A DNA stretch of 64,000 nucleotides from an uncultured bacterium. Its GTDB lineage: Bacteria; Poribacteria; WGA-4E; WGA-3G. Location: assembly GCA_964593655.1 (NCBI GenBank), contig CAZQIP010000155.1, positions 1,761-65,760 of the forward strand, written 5' to 3'. A model generated the notes under the pieces. That model made no database searches. It saw nothing but the letters and a program-made list of their open reading frames with translations, and had not been told where the DNA came from. Shown here piece after piece: positions 52,950 to 61,439 of this stretch (position 1 is its first letter; each line of letters begins with the position of its first letter). The position numbers and the translations under genes are program-made.

Positions 52950-54395
52950 TCACTGCGTCACCGACAAGATCCAGTCTCGAGTTAAGTCCAATACCATTGG
53001 TGAAAGCGTCTCTTCGATGGCACCGTATTCGTTCATCAGACCTGTGCGAGCGTGTTGAAACAGGTGGTTGTGTTCCGGCAAGCGATGTACAGTAACATCC
53101 TGATTTCCACCTTTTTCAAGTGCCGCAGCGATAGCCGTGAGGTTTTGATCGGCATCAACCTGCACATCCAGTTCACCGTTGAGTGTGAGGACAGGCACTC
53201 GGATTTTCTCGAGGGCAGGCCGCGGATCAAAGGTAAGAAAATAGCGCATCCAAGGCGTAAGTGACTGTTCCGCGAGTGCCCGGACCTGTGCCTCGTTCTG
53301 TTCTGCCGGAGGGACACCGTTAATTTCAAGCTGCTTGCGTACAATTTCGTCAACCGCTTGTCGCCGTTTGTCCGCTGCCATATCTTCTGCAGTCAAGATC
53401 GTAAATAGTTGATCAAGGAGCGTCAGTAAATTCTGTTTACGCTCACCCGCGATGCCCGCTGCATCGAAAATCCGTTCGTTCTGTTTCCGCAACAACTCAG
53501 CACCGGGGACACCGGGACCTGCCATCAGCACCACGAAACCGACATCGTTGCTGCGACTGGCGACGATGGCTGCGATAAGACCGCCTTCGCTGTGACCGAT
53601 CAACCCGACACGCCCCATTCTGTCATCCTGCTTGAGGAACGCCACGCCTGCTTCTACGTCTGTTGCGAAGTCTGCTGTCGTTGGCGGTTTCGGATGCGGC
53701 GTTGACTGACCGATACCGGGATCATCCACACGGAGGACAGCAATACCTGCACGACTCAGATGGTCAGCGAGCACCCAAAACGGTTTGTGCCCGACCAACG
53801 TCTCGTCTCGATCTTGCAGGCCGCTACCGGAGATAAGCAACACTGCTGGAAAGGGACCGTCACCTTGTGGTAACGTCAAAGTCCCCGCAAGGTTCACAGC
53901 ACCGTTCTGAAAGGCTATCTCTTCAATCTTATAGGGGAACGGTGGTTTGGGTTCTTGCGGTCTCGCGGGACCCTTGACGCTCTCACGGGAGAGTTGGAAT
54001 CCGAATGTGGCACCCGCTTGGGTGAATGTGCCGCTGATGGCACCCTCTTGTAGTTTCCCACCAAAGGTTGGATTTCCCGGCACGCCGCGAATAGAGAACT
54101 TGACGTTCACCCCCTCATCGTTTTCCTCGACGTGGATATCAGATAGTGGCAAGCCCTTCGCACCTTGGGTCGGAATGTCAATAGTCCCACTCCAATCATT
54201 GTCGTTGATGGTGAGATCTACCTTCACGGTAATAGGTTGACCGGGAATGTCAATCTGTCCCTCCCAATGTCCGACGACACGGTCTTCCGCGTGGGAAACT
54301 GAAAGACTTACCATTATTGCCATGACAACGAGAATTGTCTTAAGTAAACCGGATTTTATCTGCGATGAGAAGTGCTGATGAAGGTTGCTTGGCAC
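52950..54395 (-). CDS. secreted alpha/beta-hydrolase (serine hydrolase) with N-terminal beta-sandwich
   Basis: 481 aa with a GTG start directly after the upstream TAA. Signal peptide ends SVSHAED. The nucleophile elbow is GHSEGG, and a late His (NHLF) is present. Confidence 0.8.
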   Translation of the reverse strand: MPSNLHQHFSSQIKSGLLKTILVVMAIMVSLSVSHAEDRVVGHWEGQIDIPGQPITVKVDLTINDNDWSGTIDIPTQGAKGLPLSDIHVEENDEGVNVKFSIRGVPGNPTFGGKLQEGAISGTFTQAGATFGFQLSRESVKGPARPQEPKPPFPYKIEEIAFQNGAVNLAGTLTLPQGDGPFPAVLLISGSGLQDRDETLVGHKPFWVLADHLSRAGIAVLRVDDPGIGQSTPHPKPPTTADFATDVEAGVAFLKQDDRMGRVGLIGHSEGGLIAAIVASRSNDVGFVVLMAGPGVPGAELLRKQNERIFDAAGIAGERKQNLLTLLDQLFTILTAEDMAADKRRQAVDEIVRKQLEINGVPPAEQNEAQVRALAEQSLTPWMRYFLTFDPRPALEKIRVPVLTLNGELDVQVDADQNLTAIAAALEKGGNQDVTVHRLPEHNHLFQHARTGLMNEYGAIEETLSPMVLDLTRDWILSVTQ

Positions 54396-55166
54396 TTAAT
54401 TTGCCCCTTGTTGATTGACTTTTATATTTCCCCATGTAGTGGTTAATTTACCAGCGGGGTAAACTGATAGTGCGGATTTGAGTCCCCTTGTCATGATGGT
54501 TTTAATATCAGCCTCAGCCAGTGCGACAGTGAAAAATGCGACATCGTCAAAGACACCGGAATAATATTGTCCCCATTGATGCAAAAAAGTTGCCCCGATA
54601 CTGATATCCGTAAAAACATAGGTATCGGTAACTGTGTCGCCTTCTTTGCCATTGTAATAGCCCGTCGCGTTTCCCTCACCATCTAATACAAACGCGTAGT
54701 GTCCCCATTTATTATCGTCAAATTTTGGGATGACGGGTTTCCACGCCCTGCCCCAAATGTCAACGGCTTCACCTTGGAACCGAATTGCGAAAGCCGGATT
54801 TGTTGGCCCACTGACATTCGATATTAACCGATCATCATTGGCGGCATCACTCGGTTTCGCCCATAGAACCACTGTGACCTCTCCAGCCAACCCTAAATTC
54901 CCGACAAGAACATGCCCTTTACTTTCATTCCCATCAAATTCCAGTGCGGACCCGAATTTACCGTTCTTTATCCATTTCGGAGCGTTCATAATTTCTCCGT
55001 CTTTACCATTTTCAGAGGCATCTGTCGCTGTATCCCCCTTACCTTCATCAAAGAACCACATCCCGGCAACAGTTTTTATATCAAATTCAGCAGTGCCGAT
55101 GTTGGTAAATATCAAACTCAAAACAATTAAACTCGCAAGCATTAAATTCGGCATTACGATCTTCAT
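54396..55166 (-). CDS. secreted LamG/concanavalin-A-like lectin-fold protein
   Basis: 256 aa with SD ggaggt. Signal peptide ends GTAEF. Laminin_G_3-type features include GSALEFDG...V.V, W.HYAFV.DG, YYNG and VFDDVAFFTVALAEADI. Confidence 0.75.
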   Translation of the reverse strand: MKIVMPNLMLASLIVLSLIFTNIGTAEFDIKTVAGMWFFDEGKGDTATDASENGKDGEIMNAPKWIKNGKFGSALEFDGNESKGHVLVGNLGLAGEVTVVLWAKPSDAANDDRLISNVSGPTNPAFAIRFQGEAVDIWGRAWKPVIPKFDDNKWGHYAFVLDGEGNATGYYNGKEGDTVTDTYVFTDISIGATFLHQWGQYYSGVFDDVAFFTVALAEADIKTIMTRGLKSALSVYPAGKLTTTWGNIKVNQQGAN

Positions 55167-55270
55167 CTGTCATAACCTCCATTTATTATACAAGAGCGTT
55201 GTGAATCGAGAATTCGTGACAGCATATAGGAGTCAAATGTGTGGTGTGCGGATGGACAACTGACTCGTTC

Positions 55271-55315
55271 TTATCACTCATTCGCTATTTTATCACTCAT
55301 TCGCTATTTTATCAC
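55271..55315 (-). repeat. tandem 19-nt repeat (2 exact copies plus a 7-nt partial) carrying duplicated TGaTAAAAT elements
   Basis: ttatcactcattcgctatt occurs at 55271-55289 and 55290-55308, followed by ttatcac. On the gene-sense strand each junction reads gTGaTAAAAT (plus 55287-55295 and 55306-55314). The repeat is 120-150 nt upstream of the LamG ATG. Confidence 0.85.
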
Positions 55316-55319
55316 AGAT

Positions 55320-56420
55320 TCAATCTTTTTCAAATTTAGACGATTTTGGGAATTGGAGTGTTTTTTTCACCACGCCGGTGTCAACATCCCATAATCGGAT
55401 CGTCCGGTCGTTACTCCAACTGACGATTGTCTGTCCATCAGGACTGAATGCGGCACCGTTGATGGCAGCTGTATGTCCTTTAAGCGTTTTCTTATGTGTA
55501 AGCGTTTTCTTATGTGTCCCTGTAATAGCGTTCCACAGGCAGATAGTATTGTCTCTACTTGCGGTGGCAAGCATTCGTCCATCAGCACTGAACGCTATAC
55601 TATCAATACTTTTTTGATGTCCCTTGAGGGTTTTTTTGTGTTTTCCAGTCGTGACATCCCAGAAACGAATGGTTTTGTCCCTACTCCCACTCACAAGTGT
55701 ACTACCATCAGGACTGAATGCCACACTCTCAACCTTCTTTGTATGGCCCCTAAGTTTTTTGTTTTCTTCTCCTGTGATAAAGTCCAACAGACGGATGTAA
55801 TCATTCTTATTATCTATGTTCACAAGGATACCGCCATCACCGTTAATCGACACGTTGGCATAATCTTCATATTCTCTGGACGTTTTTTTATGTGTGCTTG
55901 TAGCAACGTCCCACAGATTAGCCTCATAACTCCCCCAACTTGCGAGTGTATCGCCATCGCGGCTGAATAGGACACGAAGAGATCTCCCGTGCTCTGCTAT
56001 GAAGGTTGTCTTATGTTCACCGGTACTAACGTTCCAGAGGCGGATAAGTCCATCTTCACACCCACTGGCGAGTAACTGTCCATTCGGACTGAATGACACG
56101 TTATAGGCATCCGTCATATCCGTCGTGAGCGTTGCGTGCACTTTATCACTGTTCACATCATAGATCGAAATGCCGGTAGAACCGGCAATCGCTAAACGGG
56201 TGCCGTCTGGGAAATATTGTACATCATTGATCCCACTTGTATTAGCATCTCTCGGAATAATACTCACGATGAGAACAATCCAAGCAATACCGAAAGCGAC
56301 ACAGATCGCGATCCCTATAATGAATAGTACTTTTCTCATACGCCTCGAAAGGATACTTGTCACAACAGCCGCAGCGATGCCGACCACAAGACCAATAACG
56401 ATAAACATTCCTTTTTCCAT
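55320..56420 (-). CDS. membrane-anchored WD40-repeat protein
   Basis: 366 aa with SD aaaggaga. It has two N-terminal TM helices (MFIVIGLVVGIAAAVVTSIL / VLFIIGIAICVAFGIAWIVLIVSII), followed by WD40 units (FSPNGQLLASG...IRLWNV, FSPDGSTLVSGSRDKTIRFWDV, and others). Confidence 0.85.
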   Translation of the reverse strand: MEKGMFIVIGLVVGIAAAVVTSILSRRMRKVLFIIGIAICVAFGIAWIVLIVSIIPRDANTSGINDVQYFPDGTRLAIAGSTGISIYDVNSDKVHATLTTDMTDAYNVSFSPNGQLLASGCEDGLIRLWNVSTGEHKTTFIAEHGRSLRVLFSRDGDTLASWGSYEANLWDVATSTHKKTSREYEDYANVSINGDGGILVNIDNKNDYIRLLDFITGEENKKLRGHTKKVESVAFSPDGSTLVSGSRDKTIRFWDVTTGKHKKTLKGHQKSIDSIAFSADGRMLATASRDNTICLWNAITGTHKKTLTHKKTLKGHTAAINGAAFSPDGQTIVSWSNDRTIRLWDVDTGVVKKTLQFPKSSKFEKD

Positions 56421-56588
56421 CGGGAATCTCTCCTTTTTACGAGTTATCAGAGGAATAGTTTTTAGTTATAAGTTAAGAGTCGGAAACCTGTCGCGGTCAG
56501 GTTGACTGTATCCACCACAGAAATCCTCTTTAAACTAACAACTAATAACTACTAAAACTGACAACCATTTACCCCAGAAACATCTGCA
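56421..56588 (-). repeat. leader GT-word/AC-word repeat element
   Basis: On the plus strand, gagttatcag...tagtttttagttataagttaagag (56441-56480) is answered by ctaacaactaataactactaaaactgacaacc (56534-56565). The proximal arm abuts the SD of the TM-WD40 gene. Confidence 0.45.
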
Positions 56589-58556
56589 TCACTTTGTATT
56601 GTCTGTTATGTTAAGTATAGCTGTCAAATCCCATAGCAGCACTGTTCCGTCTTCGCTCGTGCTTGCGAGTGTTTGTCTATCTGGACTGAATGAAACGCTG
56701 GTGATGCCCAGTTTATGTCCAGTGAGTGTTTTCTTCTCTCGGTCTTTGATGACATCCCATAGATGAATCTGTCTCCATAAAGTGATACTGGCGCGTGAAC
56801 TTCCACTTTGACTTGCGAGAATTTTGCCCTTGGGGCGAAACAACACATTCCAAAAAGTCCCATTATACCCTGCGAGTGTTTTCTTCTGTTCACCAGTGTT
56901 CGTATCCCAAAGACGGAGGGTGCCGTCCGGACCTGTACTTGCAAGGATTTCGCCATCAGGACTGAACGAAAGGCTTCTCACTTCTGTTGCATGACCTGTG
57001 AGTGTGGTCTTGTGTTCTCCAGTGTTTACGTCCCACAAGCGGATGTTCCCGTTCATCTCGCCACTTGCAAGTGTTGCACCATTGAAATTGAATGAGAGGC
57101 TCGTGATACTCTCCGTATGCCCTGTGAGGATTTTCTTTTCTTTTTCAGTAGCAATCTCCCATAGGCGGATTGTCTTGTCAGCACTCCCACTCGCAAGTGT
57201 CTTCCCGTCCGGACTGAACGATACACTTTCAACGGGTGCTGTGTGCCCTATAAGTACTTTCTCTTGTTTTCCAGTATTCGTATTCCATAGGTAGATGGTT
57301 TTGTCTCCACTTTTACTCGCGATGGTCCGCGCCGTGTATTCTGAGAAGCCTGAGAGATCAGTTTTTTTGCCACTCGCAGCGGCAAGTGTCTTTCCGTCCG
57401 GACTAAACGACACGCTCTCAAAATAACCTATATTTTCCACGTGTCCGCCCGTTAAGTCCATTTTATGCTGTCCAGTGTTTGCATCCCATAAACGAATGGT
57501 TTCATCTCGACTCATCGTAGCGAGTGTTTTCCCATCAGGACTAAACGATGTTCCAACTATCCAGATGCCATGTCCTGTGAGTGTTTTTCGGAGCGTTCCA
57601 GTCTCCGCGTCCCATAGGCGAATCGTATGATGTGAATCAGCACTCGTGAGGGTTTTTCCATCCGGACTGAACAACACGTGATTGACGTGATCCGTATGGT
57701 CGAGCGTTTTCTTTAGTTCTCCAGTTTTCGCATCCCATAAGCGGATCGTTTTGTCTTCACTCCCTGTTGCAAGGGTTTGCCCATCGGGACTGAAAGAGAC
57801 ACTATGGACATCATCTGTATGTCCAATAAGCGTTTCTTTGAGCTGTCGAGTCTCTACATCCCATAAGCGGACAGTCTGATCTCTACCGCCACTTGCGAGC
57901 GTTTTTCCATCCGGGCTGAACGACAAACTATAAACGGTCTTCGCATGTTCTGTGAGCGTTTTTTGGAGTTTTCCGGTCTCCATATCCCATAGTCCGATTG
58001 GACCGCTCGAATACGTACCTACAAGTGTCTGCCCGTCAGGACTAAACAATATGTTGGATCTATAATTAAGACTTGCAGCGATTGTTTTTTTTCTCGCCCC
58101 TGTCTTTGCATCCGATAGATGGATGCCTTTGTAATCTTGATTTGCGAGGGTTGTACCATCAGGACTCAGGGAGACGGGACCACGCCTACGTTCAAATGTT
58201 CGCTTGTGTTCTCTTGCGGCAACATTCCACAGTATAATATCGTGGAAACCGCCACTCACGAGGATTTTCCCATCCGGACTGAACGATATGTTACGAACAG
58301 CGTACTTACCTTTTCTGAGCAAGGCGAGTTCTTGAAGGGTCTCCGCGTCGTAGAGCCAAATACCGACGGAACCCGCGACTGCCAGTATAGTGCCATCTGG
58401 GGAATATCGTATATCATTGATACTGCCCTTACCGATGCGGGTTTTAGCACCTTCGGGTAAACTCCATTGTGTATAGTCTTCGGCGAAGCTGCTGGATAGG
58501 TATAGCGTTGAAAAGATAAGCAGCACCAAAATAATGGGGGATGAAGTGGGTTTCAT
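56589..58556 (-). CDS. secreted WD40-repeat protein
   Basis: The start is taken at ATG 58556 (MKPTSSPIILVLLIFSTLYLSSSFAEDY). More than a dozen FSPDG(K/Q)TLA(S/T) / IRLWD units are present. The entry segment is homologous to that of the ECF-WD40 protein. Confidence 0.85.
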   Translation of the reverse strand: MKPTSSPIILVLLIFSTLYLSSSFAEDYTQWSLPEGAKTRIGKGSINDIRYSPDGTILAVAGSVGIWLYDAETLQELALLRKGKYAVRNISFSPDGKILVSGGFHDIILWNVAAREHKRTFERRRGPVSLSPDGTTLANQDYKGIHLSDAKTGARKKTIAASLNYRSNILFSPDGQTLVGTYSSGPIGLWDMETGKLQKTLTEHAKTVYSLSFSPDGKTLASGGRDQTVRLWDVETRQLKETLIGHTDDVHSVSFSPDGQTLATGSEDKTIRLWDAKTGELKKTLDHTDHVNHVLFSPDGKTLTSADSHHTIRLWDAETGTLRKTLTGHGIWIVGTSFSPDGKTLATMSRDETIRLWDANTGQHKMDLTGGHVENIGYFESVSFSPDGKTLAAASGKKTDLSGFSEYTARTIASKSGDKTIYLWNTNTGKQEKVLIGHTAPVESVSFSPDGKTLASGSADKTIRLWEIATEKEKKILTGHTESITSLSFNFNGATLASGEMNGNIRLWDVNTGEHKTTLTGHATEVRSLSFSPDGEILASTGPDGTLRLWDTNTGEQKKTLAGYNGTFWNVLFRPKGKILASQSGSSRASITLWRQIHLWDVIKDREKKTLTGHKLGITSVSFSPDRQTLASTSEDGTVLLWDLTAILNITDNTK

Positions 58557-58694
58557 ACGCTCGGATTCCTCTTGCATAATTGGATACTTTAATGGAATGT
58601 CTGTTAGGGACTTCTGTGCTCTTTTTAAGTATACCACAAAAACAGTGAAATGTGCCGTTGAAAAAAAGGGTGTGTCAATATTTTGTCAAAGGAA

Positions 58695-58761
58695 TACATG
58701 CCACAGACTAACAGTCTATGCTACAGGGCATACATGCTACAGACTAACAGTCTATGCTACA
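58695..58761 (-). repeat. two 31-nt direct repeats (30/31 identical) separated by 5 nt, each with an internal agact-aac-agtct palindrome
   Basis: tacatgccacagactaacagtctatgctaca (58695-58725) and tacatgctacagactaacagtctatgctaca (58731-58761). The second copy overlaps the MFS stop codon (58757-58759). Confidence 0.85.
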
Positions 58762-60130
58762 CGGGATCGGTTTCCGCTTCTACTTCATTATCATGCATAA
58801 TTTCCTGCAGCCCTGTGGCAATGCGAAAGGCGACGAAACAGATGCCGATTGAGAGCGCGAACAGCCACCGATACCCGATATACGGTGCAAGAAGCCCGCC
58901 TAACACCGGTGCGAAACTCACGGGCATGAGTAACGTGTTCATAAAGCCGATGTAAGTCGGACGGTTTCGTGGGGGTGCGATATTGAGCATGTATGCCATA
59001 AAACCTACCATCATGCCGTTTCCCAAAATACCGCCGACTATGAAAATGAGAAAGAAGGCGGGCATCTGTAATGAAATCGGTAATATGCCTGAAGAAAAAG
59101 CAAGGATAGGCGGGATGCCCATCATACCTGCCGTGATAATCAGGACCCATCGCACCCCATATTTTTCACCCACATATCCCCACATTGTATTTGAAACCAC
59201 GCCGCTGAGCGCGGAGCTGACGATGAAAAAGCCGATCGTTGCATCTGAAAATCCGAGCTCGTCCAACGCGTACGGAATGTAGAAGGGGGATGCCATTCCA
59301 GAGATGTGCGCAAAAACGCGGAAGAGGATGAACCGCCGGTAATTCGCGTCTGTTCGGAGGAAGTGCGGTCCCTGCTTTAAATGTTCGGAGATGGGTTGCC
59401 GTGTCGCTTGAACCGGATGAATCGGTTCGCGTACGCCTAAGAAACTGACAAATGAGAGAAAAGCTGCTGTTACCGAGCAGATAAAAAGAAAGGCGTAGTT
59501 ATAGGGAAAACCGAGGTCCGTCTCTATATTACAGATAGAGCCGATAAAGTACATCGTGGACGTTTTGAAAGCTTGTGTGATACCACCGAGTATGCCCGTA
59601 AAGTCGGATTCGTCCCCAAGCACTGCGCGCACAAGAAACCCGACCCAGATAGCGAAAAAACCGCCGTAGAGTTGCCGTAGGCTAAAGAAACGGGCGCGTC
59701 GCTGCGGCTCTATAGCTTTGGAGACAATGTCCATGTAAGGGAGCGTCGAAACGCCCATGGCGGAGGAAGATAAGAAATAGAGTCCGAGGAAGGACCCCGC
59801 GAGCAACATCGGGTTTTGCTCACCAATTGTGACCGTGCAGAAAAAGATACCGAGCCATGCCAGCACGCGGACACTCATACCGAGCGCGTAGAAGGACATT
59901 TTGCGGGGACGGTGTTCCAATAGGTTGGACATCAACAGTTGGGGCCACATCCACCCTGCCGTCATCATTGAACCGGTTAAACCCACGAGAAGATCCGAGC
60001 CGCTTAACTTATGGATAAAAGCAGGGAGCACCGTCGATGAATCCGCAAACGCGAGGTTAATACGCATAAAGGTGCCTTGGAGCAACGCAAATCGGAAGTT
60101 GCGCCGCTGGTCACCTACTTTTTTAGGCAT
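58757..60130 (-). CDS. MFS-type transporter
   Basis: 457 aa with about 12 hydrophobic segments. Inter-helix basic loops (LEHRPRKM, QRRARF) are in MFS-typical positions. The substrate is unknown. Confidence 0.8.
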   Translation of the reverse strand: MPKKVGDQRRNFRFALLQGTFMRINLAFADSSTVLPAFIHKLSGSDLLVGLTGSMMTAGWMWPQLLMSNLLEHRPRKMSFYALGMSVRVLAWLGIFFCTVTIGEQNPMLLAGSFLGLYFLSSSAMGVSTLPYMDIVSKAIEPQRRARFFSLRQLYGGFFAIWVGFLVRAVLGDESDFTGILGGITQAFKTSTMYFIGSICNIETDLGFPYNYAFLFICSVTAAFLSFVSFLGVREPIHPVQATRQPISEHLKQGPHFLRTDANYRRFILFRVFAHISGMASPFYIPYALDELGFSDATIGFFIVSSALSGVVSNTMWGYVGEKYGVRWVLIITAGMMGIPPILAFSSGILPISLQMPAFFLIFIVGGILGNGMMVGFMAYMLNIAPPRNRPTYIGFMNTLLMPVSFAPVLGGLLAPYIGYRWLFALSIGICFVAFRIATGLQEIMHDNEVEAETDPV

Positions 60131-60316
60131 TCTCTTTTCTGTTCCTATTCAAATTTTTTGTATGACAACCGCGGTAATTAGAGATTCTGTGCTTTATCTT
60201 TTGACATAATTTTCGCAATTAGGTTGAATTGAAATTTTCATCGTCTGTCGGAACGGGAGTAAAATTTTGTTTACAGTCCGCTAATGTTGTGCTAAATTGC
60301 GTATAAACTTTTCTAA

Positions 60317-60438
60317 TAGTTGTTAGTTATGAGTTGTTGGTTTTTAGTTATGATCTTCTGGCGTTCAATGTTCTTATGGATGCCACAGCATATCTCAATG
60401 CCACAGCACAGTAACTAATAACTTATAACTAATAACCA
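60317..60438 (+). repeat. leader GT-word/AC-word repeat element
   Basis: tagttgttagttatgagttgttggtttttagttatga (60317-60353) is answered by gtaactaataacttataactaataacca (60411-60438), which abuts the SD/ATG at 60454. The centre holds a direct repeat atgccacagca x2. Confidence 0.45.
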
Positions 60439-60453
60439 CTAAAGGAAACAGAT

Positions 60454-61401
60454 ATGGAACCTCTTCGGATAGGATTTCTCGGTGCTGGCGGTTTCGCGCG
60501 GCACACCATTTATCCCGCATTACATCTTGCCCCAGTTGCATTACAAGCCATTTGTGATGCTGACGAGGATCGCGCAAAGGCTGCTGCGGGCAAATTCGGT
60601 ACAGGTCGGTATTATACGGATCGGCACGAAATGTTTGAAAAAGAAGACTTGGAAGCAGTCATCATCTCCATGGGACCCGACCCCAGACAACCGCTTGTGC
60701 TTGAAACGCTTGCGGCGGGGTATCATGTATTCACACCAAAACCGCCTGCACCCTCCCTTGAGGAAACGCTCACTTTGGCAGAAACCGCGGAAAAACACGG
60801 TAAAACGCTCATGGTGAACTTCCAGCGGCGTTTCAGCCAAGGCGTACGTCAAGCCAAAGCAATCATGCAGACTGAATCCTTCGGGCAACTCACCCAGCTT
60901 TTTTGCTCGTTCTGTAGTGGGAAATACCCAACGGTTAAAAGCTATCTACTTGATTTTGCGATCCACCATTTCGATTTAGCGAGACACATCGCCGGTGCGG
61001 ATGTCAAGGAACTCAGCGTTTTCCACAATGAAGTTGATGGGCAAGGGGCATTCGCCGTTGCTGTGGAATACACCAATGGCGCGGTGGGCAGTCTACAGCT
61101 GAGCAGCCAACGTTTGTGGCGGCGTAACTATGACTACATCGAAATTACTGGCCAACACGAATATATTGTTTTAGACGGATTGTGGGGTGCTCAGCATTTC
61201 ACCGAATCTGGTAATACCTTTACCTCTAATTTCTCCGATGAACGCAACGGCGAATTGACTGGCGATGGTATCAGTCTCACTGAGTTTGTTAATGCCATTC
61301 GTGAGGGGCGGGAACCGGTATCGAGTATCCAAGACTGCGTTGGTACAATGCGGTTCTATGATGCCGTACTTCAACGCAAAAAAGGAGTTATTAGCCTTTA
61401 G
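60454..61401 (+). CDS. Gfo/Idh/MocA family oxidoreductase
   Basis: 315 aa. The Rossmann motif is RIGFLGAGGFARH. An (E/T)KP-like motif (VFTPKPPA) and the C-terminal dimerisation domain are present. Confidence 0.85.
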   Translation: MEPLRIGFLGAGGFARHTIYPALHLAPVALQAICDADEDRAKAAAGKFGTGRYYTDRHEMFEKEDLEAVIISMGPDPRQPLVLETLAAGYHVFTPKPPAPSLEETLTLAETAEKHGKTLMVNFQRRFSQGVRQAKAIMQTESFGQLTQLFCSFCSGKYPTVKSYLLDFAIHHFDLARHIAGADVKELSVFHNEVDGQGAFAVAVEYTNGAVGSLQLSSQRLWRRNYDYIEITGQHEYIVLDGLWGAQHFTESGNTFTSNFSDERNGELTGDGISLTEFVNAIREGREPVSSIQDCVGTMRFYDAVLQRKKGVISL

Positions 61402-61412
61402 CAATCGGCTTT

Positions 61413-61439
61413 GTAGGGGTTGAGGGACCCGACCCCTAC
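61413..61439. terminator. hairpin GTAGGGG-N13-CCCCTAC between convergent genes
   Basis: gtagggg (61413-61419) pairs with cccctac (61433-61439). It overlaps the stop codon of the minus-strand gene. Flanks are ttt on the plus-strand 5' side and no U-tract on the 3' side. The stem matches the one at 14766-14797. Confidence 0.35.
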
